The notes under the pieces: generated by a model | The model's database searches: none | What the model saw: the letters and a program-made list of their open reading frames with translations, nothing else | Told to the model about the DNA's origin: nothing | DNA from: Dehalococcoidia bacterium | Lineage (GTDB): Bacteria; Chloroflexota; Dehalococcoidia; Plut-88900 | Direction: 5' to 3' | Length of the DNA stretch: 64,000 nt | NCBI GenBank assembly: GCA_965249275.1 | Contig: CBDFLQ010000006.1 | Coordinates: 736,001 to 800,000, forward strand | Translations under genes and position numbers: made by a program | Shown: piece after piece, positions 57,798-64,000 of the stretch | Numbering within the stretch: the first letter of the stretch is position 1 | Layout of the letters: each line of letters opens with the position of its first letter

Positions 57798-58838
57798 TTG
57801 AGCGAATCTGCCGGAATTCAATTACCGGATACCGTCGAGGCGATTGAGTATTTCTACGAGCAGGGAATGACAGACGGCCTCCCTGTCGTGCCTCCTACGG
57901 CGGAAACCGTGGGCGCGTTTTTGGAGGCTGGGGGTACGGAGCCCGGGGAGGTGATAGGGACTCGGGCGAGCCGTAACTGGGTCGTGACCGCTCAGAAAGT
58001 GGCGGTCAACGCTGTGATGGCGGGCTGCAAGGCTGAATATGCGCCCGTTGTACTAGCGTCCATACGGGCGCTCTTGAAACCCGAGTTCAACGCATCCGCC
58101 ATCGCGGAGACGGCGGGTACTTCTGCACCATTGATCGTGGTGAACGGCCCTATTCGCAAGGAACTAAACGTCAACGGGGGATGGAACCTGTTCGGGCCCG
58201 GGTGGCGGGCCAACGCCACCATCGGCCGTACTCTCAGGCTCGTCCTCATGAACGTTTGCAGGGAAATTCCGGGTGTAACCGATAAGTCGACTTTCGGGCA
58301 CCCGGGACGCTACACCTTCTGCATAGCCGAGAACGAGGAAGCAAGCCCCTGGGAGCCGTACCACGTCGAGCAGGGGATGGCGCTGGAGTCGAGTGCGGTG
58401 GGCCTTTTCCCTGTCTGTCATCCGATGGAGGTGTTCAACCAGTCTGACCCGATCCCGGAGCAGATTCTCGACACGCTGAGCCATGCCATCGCTGCGAACC
58501 TGGTCTGCCACGGGCCGGTAATGCTCATAATGAGTCCCGAGCACGCGCAGAACATAGGGCCGGCGGGATGGAGCAAGCAGGACGTCAAGGAATACCTGGC
58601 CAAGCGGGCCAACGAGTTTCAGCCTCAGTTCGCCTACGAGCGGGAGCGGATCGGGGCGCTGGGCGGGACCTGGTACCCGGGCACCGATGACCCGGACGAC
58701 TCGGGCATTCCTACCACTCCTGAAGGCATTACCCTGCTGGTCGCAGGTGGAGAGGGCGGCGGACATTCCACGATTATTCCGTTGTGGGGACAGGGCGTTC
58801 TGAGTAAAAGCGTACTTGAACCCGTATCCGCGGCCTAG
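57798..58838 (+). CDS. Uncharacterised 'TDGLPVVPPT' protein, paralog 2
   Basis: Same motifs as 53753..54796. Confidence 0.85.
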   Translation: MSESAGIQLPDTVEAIEYFYEQGMTDGLPVVPPTAETVGAFLEAGGTEPGEVIGTRASRNWVVTAQKVAVNAVMAGCKAEYAPVVLASIRALLKPEFNASAIAETAGTSAPLIVVNGPIRKELNVNGGWNLFGPGWRANATIGRTLRLVLMNVCREIPGVTDKSTFGHPGRYTFCIAENEEASPWEPYHVEQGMALESSAVGLFPVCHPMEVFNQSDPIPEQILDTLSHAIAANLVCHGPVMLIMSPEHAQNIGPAGWSKQDVKEYLAKRANEFQPQFAYERERIGALGGTWYPGTDDPDDSGIPTTPEGITLLVAGGEGGGHSTIIPLWGQGVLSKSVLEPVSAA

Positions 58839-58847
58839 AAAGAGATC

Positions 58848-59888
58848 ATGACGACCAAAGGCACCGAGCTTCCCGACACTATCCAGGCAATCGAGTATTT
58901 CTTCGAACAAGGCTTGACTGACGGCCTGCCCGTCGTGCCCCCCACCGCGGAGGCCGTGCAGGCTTTCCTCGAAGCCGGGGGGATCGCGCCTGACGAGGTG
59001 CTCGGGACACGGGAGAGCCGGAACTGGATCGTCACCGCTCAGAAGGTTGCCGTCAACGCCATAATGGCTGGCTGCAAGGCTGAGTACGCTCCGGTAGTTG
59101 CGGCCGCTGTGAGGGCGATGCTAAAGCCCGAGTTCAACCTCTCAGGCATTAGCGAGACGACGTCCGGGATGTCGGCGCCGATGATCGTGGTGAATGGGCC
59201 CATACGGAAAAAGCTGGACATCAACTCGGGGTGGAACCTGTTCGGGCCCGGGTGGCGGGCCAACTCCACCATCGGGCGGACGCTAAGGCTGATATTGATG
59301 AACGTTTGCGGTGAGATACCGGGCGTGACGGACAAGTCGGCGTTCGGGAGCCCGGCCCGTTACACCTGCTGCATCGCAGAGGACGAGGAGATCAGCATCT
59401 GGGAACCGTATCATGTCGAGAAGGGGTTCGATCCATCCTCCAGCACCGTCTCTCTTTTTCCAGCTCTGCCCCCAATCCCGGTATTCAACTACGCTGACAA
59501 CTCGCCCAAGGCGATCCTGGACACTATCAGCCATGCCATAGCTGCGAACATCAATTGCCACGGCGAGTTGGTGCTAATCATCAGCGGCGAGCACCTGTTC
59601 AACATCGAGCCGGCGGGCATGACGAAAGCCGAGATCAAGGAATATATATCAGAGCGCGTAAACGAAATGAGCCCGGGGCTGGTATTCGACGCCGAGCGAG
59701 CATATGAGCTGGGCGGCGTCACCCCGTTCAAGGACCCGGTCAGCGAGGAGCGCTCCGTCCCCACGTTACCCGAGCAATTGCACCTGTTCGTGGCGGGGGG
59801 TACGGGGGGTGCGGTCTCGGCGATGGTGCCCATTTTCTCTCATGGACATTCGAGTACGTCGGTTATCGAGCAGATCATAGAGCCATAG
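58848..59888 (+). CDS. Uncharacterised 'TDGLPVVPPT' protein, paralog 3
   Basis: Tandem paralog, closest to paralog 2. Confidence 0.85.
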   Translation: MTTKGTELPDTIQAIEYFFEQGLTDGLPVVPPTAEAVQAFLEAGGIAPDEVLGTRESRNWIVTAQKVAVNAIMAGCKAEYAPVVAAAVRAMLKPEFNLSGISETTSGMSAPMIVVNGPIRKKLDINSGWNLFGPGWRANSTIGRTLRLILMNVCGEIPGVTDKSAFGSPARYTCCIAEDEEISIWEPYHVEKGFDPSSSTVSLFPALPPIPVFNYADNSPKAILDTISHAIAANINCHGELVLIISGEHLFNIEPAGMTKAEIKEYISERVNEMSPGLVFDAERAYELGGVTPFKDPVSEERSVPTLPEQLHLFVAGGTGGAVSAMVPIFSHGHSSTSVIEQIIEP

Positions 59889-59940
59889 GTCCTTTTCGAA
59901 AGGCCACAAACAAAACTAATCCAGTTCCGGAGGTCAACCG

Positions 59941-60948
59941 ATGGCAGGCAAGCTGTACACGTCATACACAGGTTTCCCCTCTTTCTTCAGCGGCAAGATC
60001 GCGGGCGTGGAGGACGTTGAGGAAGGAACGTTGGTCGTGGCGGGAGTGCCGATTGACCAGGGGGTAGTCACAGGGCGGCCCGGGGCTCGGTACGGCCCCC
60101 GCGGCATCCGTGAGGCCTCCATGCAGCATCGGGGGGCTTACGAGGTTTCAGCAGAGAACACCCTTATGGACGTGGAAACCGGCATCTGGCGAAAGCCCGT
60201 AGCCTCTCCACCCCTCATCGACATTGGTGATTTCGACATCAACCCCACGGACATGCGGGACACGACCGAAATCGTTATCAAGGGCGTCGCCGATGTAGTG
60301 AGGAGGGGCGGGATTCCGGTCCTGTTGGGGGGAGACCACTACGTTGCGTATCCGGGATTTGCGGGCTTCTCAAAGGGGATGACGGAGCGGGGCGGGGCCC
60401 CGAGGCTCGGGTATCTGCATATCGACAGCCACCCCGACTTCCGGGACGTCCACGGTGTCGGGGGGAAGTACACTCACGGGACCCAGGCACGGCGGCTCAG
60501 CGAGGACACCCACATCTCCTATAACAACATGGCGTGGGTCGGGCTCAACGGCTCGGTAATCGACCCGGCGCAGCACCGCATTTTCCGGTCGGGCGGAATG
60601 CAGGTGACCACGGCCAAGATGATCCGGGAGCAGGGGCCGGCGGAAATTGTAAGGAGCGCTATGGAGGTGGTGGGGCACAGCGTGGACGCTGTCTACGTGA
60701 CGATAGATATCGACGTAGTAGACGGGTCGGAGTCTCCCGGGACGGGGGCCCCGATATTCACGGGAATCACCGCCGTGGAGTTCCTGGAAATGATGGAAGC
60801 CCTTTCCAGCTACGACATAATCAAGGCGATAGACATCTGTGAAGTTGCGCCGCCTCTCGACCCGACGGGTCGGACAGTGCACCTGGCCGCGAGCGGGCTG
60901 CTGGGGATTCTCGGGCCGAAGATTTTTGAGACCGTTGAGATAGACTAG
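59941..60948 (+). CDS. Ureohydrolase (agmatinase/arginase family)
   Basis: GARYGPRGIR, GGDH, DSHPD, HGT, DIDVVD...PGTG. Confidence 0.9.
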   Translation: MAGKLYTSYTGFPSFFSGKIAGVEDVEEGTLVVAGVPIDQGVVTGRPGARYGPRGIREASMQHRGAYEVSAENTLMDVETGIWRKPVASPPLIDIGDFDINPTDMRDTTEIVIKGVADVVRRGGIPVLLGGDHYVAYPGFAGFSKGMTERGGAPRLGYLHIDSHPDFRDVHGVGGKYTHGTQARRLSEDTHISYNNMAWVGLNGSVIDPAQHRIFRSGGMQVTTAKMIREQGPAEIVRSAMEVVGHSVDAVYVTIDIDVVDGSESPGTGAPIFTGITAVEFLEMMEALSSYDIIKAIDICEVAPPLDPTGRTVHLAASGLLGILGPKIFETVEID

Positions 60949-60974
60949 CCGACTCTGTCAGGAGAGGCCCCATT

Positions 60975-61790
60975 ATGCCGAATGCAGGCGGCAGACTTGA
61001 AGGAAAGACAGCCCTAATAACGGGGGCCGGGTCCAGCGGGCCGGGCATGGGGAATGGGAAGGCCACGGCTATTCTTTTCGCTCGGGAGGGCGCCAAAGTA
61101 CTCTTGGCGGACCTGCACGAAGACCGTGCCCGCGAGACCCTCGTGACGATAGAGGCGGAGGGAGGAGTGGCATCCACCATCGAGGTTGATGTCACTGTCG
61201 AAGAAGACGCCAGCCGTCTCGCTGAGACGGCCATCGAGCGCTACGGCCGCATCGACGTGCTGGTCAACAACGTGGGCATTTCGAAGCGGGGGTCGGTGCT
61301 GGACGTTACGCCTGAGGAGTGGGACCGGGTAATGGCCGTCAACGTGAAGAGCATGATGTTGTGCAGCCGTCACGTCGTGCCCCGCATGAAAGAGGGCGGC
61401 GGTGGATCGATAATAAACATTGCCTCCACCGCGGGCCTCAGGGCTCACCACAGCACACCCTATACCACCTCCAAGGCGGCGGTTATCGGGCTGACGTTTT
61501 CGATGGCCGCCGACCACGGCCCCGACAACATTCGGGTGAATGCAATAGCTCCAGGTTTGGTCTACACGCCGATGGTCGCTCCTCGGATGGAAGAGGGGAT
61601 GCGGGAGAGGCGGATGGCGGCGGCGCCCCTCGGGACGGAGGGGACGGGATGGGATGTGGGGTGGGCGGCGGTGTTCCTGGCGAGCGACGAGGCTCGGTGG
61701 ATAACTGGCGTCACCCTACCCGTTGATGCGGGTCTGAGTGTGACGACGGGGATTACTTATCAGCCGCTGTTGCAACAGAATTGGAAGTAG
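60975..61790 (+). CDS. Short-chain dehydrogenase/reductase
   Basis: TGAGS...GNG, NNVG, YTTSK, IRVNAIAPG. Confidence 0.93.
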   Translation: MPNAGGRLEGKTALITGAGSSGPGMGNGKATAILFAREGAKVLLADLHEDRARETLVTIEAEGGVASTIEVDVTVEEDASRLAETAIERYGRIDVLVNNVGISKRGSVLDVTPEEWDRVMAVNVKSMMLCSRHVVPRMKEGGGGSIINIASTAGLRAHHSTPYTTSKAAVIGLTFSMAADHGPDNIRVNAIAPGLVYTPMVAPRMEEGMRERRMAAAPLGTEGTGWDVGWAAVFLASDEARWITGVTLPVDAGLSVTTGITYQPLLQQNWK

Positions 61791-61923
61791 GCCCGCCCAA
61801 CCACTTCTAATCACAAAGTCATCCGCATCTATAAGGTACACATCGCACGCTGCGATGTGAGAATAATCTCCCTGCAGCCACGCTTCCTTCCGAGTGATAC
61901 ACCCTCGCAAGAACAGCCGTACG

Positions 61924-62652
61924 CTACCGCAAGTGCTGGGCTGACAGGCCGGCGACAACTCCGAAATGGTCTGAGAGTTTTCTCCCTTCGTGGATGTTGC
62001 TGATCACATCCAGGGAGCCAACTTCTAAATCATTACTCAGAGCAATGTGGTCGATGCTCTTGCGTCCCTGGAAGGCAAGATCTGATGTAGCGATTTTCCT
62101 GCTCGATGGGAACGCCTTTTGAAGCGCCAGCCGCAGGTCGGGACGTGCGCGGCTGCCTGTTCCTATAGCTTGATTGAAGTCCCCCATCACTATCAGACGC
62201 TTCGCAGTCGCCTGTCCGAGAACTTCGGTGAGAGCACCTAGATACTTTTCATGGTCTTCCCAGCGCATCTTGCGTTCCAATTTGCGTCTGGCCTCGGTCC
62301 GTGATCCGAACCAGGGAATGCAGACTCCAATGACTGTTACCTTGCCCAAGGAAGTACGTGTGACTCCAGCCACGAACCGGCCCGGTGGCATCGAATCGAG
62401 CCCCAGATCATCAACTTCGTCCCAAGGTTCTCTCGACCAGAGTATGACCTTACGCCGGCTCATCTTGATTCCGTACCCCGCGTCGGGCTGTGAGCAGATG
62501 GTGTACCCGCGTTGAGACAGCAACCTTACATCCGTCTCGGTGAGACAGACGACCTCGGGGACATGACCTTCAATACGGCTCAGTATTTCAGTGGTGCGCC
62601 GTGATCTAGGGGTCGCCCACTCGACATTCCATGTAACCGCTTTCAATGACAT
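61924..62652 (-). CDS. Endonuclease/exonuclease/phosphatase (EEP) family protein
   Basis: VTWNVE, CLTE, MGDFN, IDHI, SDH. Confidence 0.85.
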   Translation of the reverse strand: MSLKAVTWNVEWATPRSRRTTEILSRIEGHVPEVVCLTETDVRLLSQRGYTICSQPDAGYGIKMSRRKVILWSREPWDEVDDLGLDSMPPGRFVAGVTRTSLGKVTVIGVCIPWFGSRTEARRKLERKMRWEDHEKYLGALTEVLGQATAKRLIVMGDFNQAIGTGSRARPDLRLALQKAFPSSRKIATSDLAFQGRKSIDHIALSNDLEVGSLDVISNIHEGRKLSDHFGVVAGLSAQHLR

Positions 62653-62856
62653 ATCCTGCTTTCTTCGCCTACCCTTGGGATGGTCGCCTACAAGGTCACT
62701 AGAAGCCAACTCTGAATATCGCTGCCTCAGACCACTCTCTACCTTTAGTTTAAGGTACGCCATATCAAGCGCCTACAAGTTCAGTTTGGAATGCCAGTCT
62801 GAAATGACACGCTGCGTGGTATACTGTTCCCACTCACGTAGGCAAAGGAGGCACCC

Positions 62857-63414
62857 ATGGTCAGTGAAATGCTGAAAACTATGATCGCCCTAGACCCGAG
62901 GGGCGACGAGAATCTCGAAGAGCACATCGATATGGCCCCAAAGATCGACAGCCTCAACGGCAAGCGCATCGGGCTCTTGCACGACCGCAGGCTCAACGGC
63001 GACAAGCTCCTCTGGATGGTCACCGATCTCATCAAGTCAGAGTACGAGATCTCCGACGTCACCTTCGTCGCCAGGCCAAACGTCTCCGACGTATCACCCC
63101 CAGAGCTCCTCGACGAGTTGGCGGAGAAGGCGGACGCCACCCTGATTGCGATCGGGGACTGAGGCTCCTGCAGTACGTGCTGTATGCACGACGCGATCTC
63201 CCTCGAAGACCGGGGCGTACCCACCGCCGTCATAATCAGTGACCAGTTCATACCCGGAGTGCAGGCCATAGCCCGTACCCGCGGCCTCCCCGACTACCCG
63301 TTCGTGGTGGTCAAGCACCCCATCGGCAGCCTAGCGGATGACGACCTGAAGGCACGGGCCAAGGACGCCCTGCCCCAGATTGTGGACATCCTCACGAACG
63401 GCAGGAGGTCCTAA
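62857..63414 (+). CDS. UGSC-family selenoprotein 2 (UGA at 63160-63162)
   Basis: Joins 62857..63162 and 63184..63414 in frame: AIGDUGSCSTCCMHDAISLEDRGVP; hairpin CGTGC-TGTAT-GCACG after the UGA. Confidence 0.92.
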
Positions 63415-63456
63415 CTCCTGCCGAGCTAGACGATTTCATAAGAAACCAGGCTCGGT

Positions 63457-63491
63457 GGAAAAGCCGACGGGATAATCCCGTCGGCTTTTCC
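63457..63491. terminator. Perfect hairpin, probable (bidirectional) terminator
   Basis: GGAAAAGCCGACGGGA-TAA-TCCCGTCGGCTTTTCC. Confidence 0.65.
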
Positions 63492-63586
63492 CGTTTCAAT
63501 GAACACCGAGTCTCATGCCTCCAAGACCAAAAGTGATATACTTCACGACGCCTGTCCAGGGAGGATCGACGCACGGAAAGGCAGCA

Positions 63587-64000
63587 ATGAAAGGCTCTAT
63601 AGAACGGATTGAAGGCGGCACCGTTACCAGTCCCAAAGGGTTCAGCGCCGGCGGTGTCTACTGCGGAGTCAAACCCTACGGCGACGACAAACTGGACCTC
63701 GGCCTTATCTACTCGAAGGCCCGCGCCGCTGCTGCCGCCGTCTTCACCAAGAACCGAGTAACGGCACCCGCAATTCTGATCAACAGGGACTACCTGAAAG
63801 ACCCGTATGCTCAAGCCGTTGTGGTAAACAGCGGGATCGCTAACGTGTCCGTCGGGGAGCAGGGGCGGATCGATGCGGTGGAGATGTCAGTGTTGGCGGG
63901 GAATAAGCTCGGGGTTGCGGCGGAGGACGTGCTGGTCGCCAGTACAGGCGTCATAGGCGTCGAACTGCCGATGGCCCGAATACGGGCGGGTATAGAGGAA
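63587..64000 (+). CDS. argJ: Ornithine acetyltransferase/N-acetylglutamate synthase (partial, runs off the window)
   Basis: VTSPKGFSAGG, DLGLI, AAVFTKN, VVVNSGIAN, VASTGVIG. Confidence 0.93.
   Translation, partial: MKGSIERIEGGTVTSPKGFSAGGVYCGVKPYGDDKLDLGLIYSKARAAAAAVFTKNRVTAPAILINRDYLKDPYAQAVVVNSGIANVSVGEQGRIDAVEMSVLAGNKLGVAAEDVLVASTGVIGVELPMARIRAGIEE

Overview
GC-rich bacterial chromosome segment. Gene content (AxCG-type lipoproteins, LLM-class oxidoreductase, cyclases, CoA-transferase III, RidA paralogs, polyamine-type binding protein) suggests Chloroflexota/Dehalococcoidia, SAR202-like; this is an inference. Ordinary content: an opp-type peptide ABC operon, thiD, moaD/moaE, sucCD, tRNA-Ser(GCT), tRNA-Ala(GGC) followed by decayed island remnants, an intact IS5 element, xdhC/mocA-like genes, catabolic enzymes and the 5' part of argJ. 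The ORF track hides several things. (1) Four selenoprotein genes carry five in-frame UGA codons, each at a conserved Cys position and followed by a SECIS-like hairpin starting 14-15 nt downstream. They are a ferredoxin:thioredoxin reductase catalytic subunit with both redox-disulfide cysteines as Sec (CPU...CPC...CIU), a DsbA/FrnE protein (UPWC), and two UGSC proteins. The two UGSC genes lie in a ~9.7 kb cluster with three paralogs of an uncharacterised ~350-aa 'TDGLPVVPPT' protein, a candidate selenium-dependent enzyme system. (2) An unannotated ~377-nt element (51291-51667) folds into a nested multi-branch structure with a 17-bp closing stem, about 11 further helices and a kissing-loop pair; it is a candidate new large ncRNA. 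(3) A cohesin lipoprotein, a dockerin-tailed metallopeptidase and an M28 aminopeptidase form an operon that converges on the opp operon, whose OppC carries a large Asp-box beta-propeller insertion; this is a candidate surface proteolysis-and-uptake system. All calls are by eye; no searches or folding programs were run.
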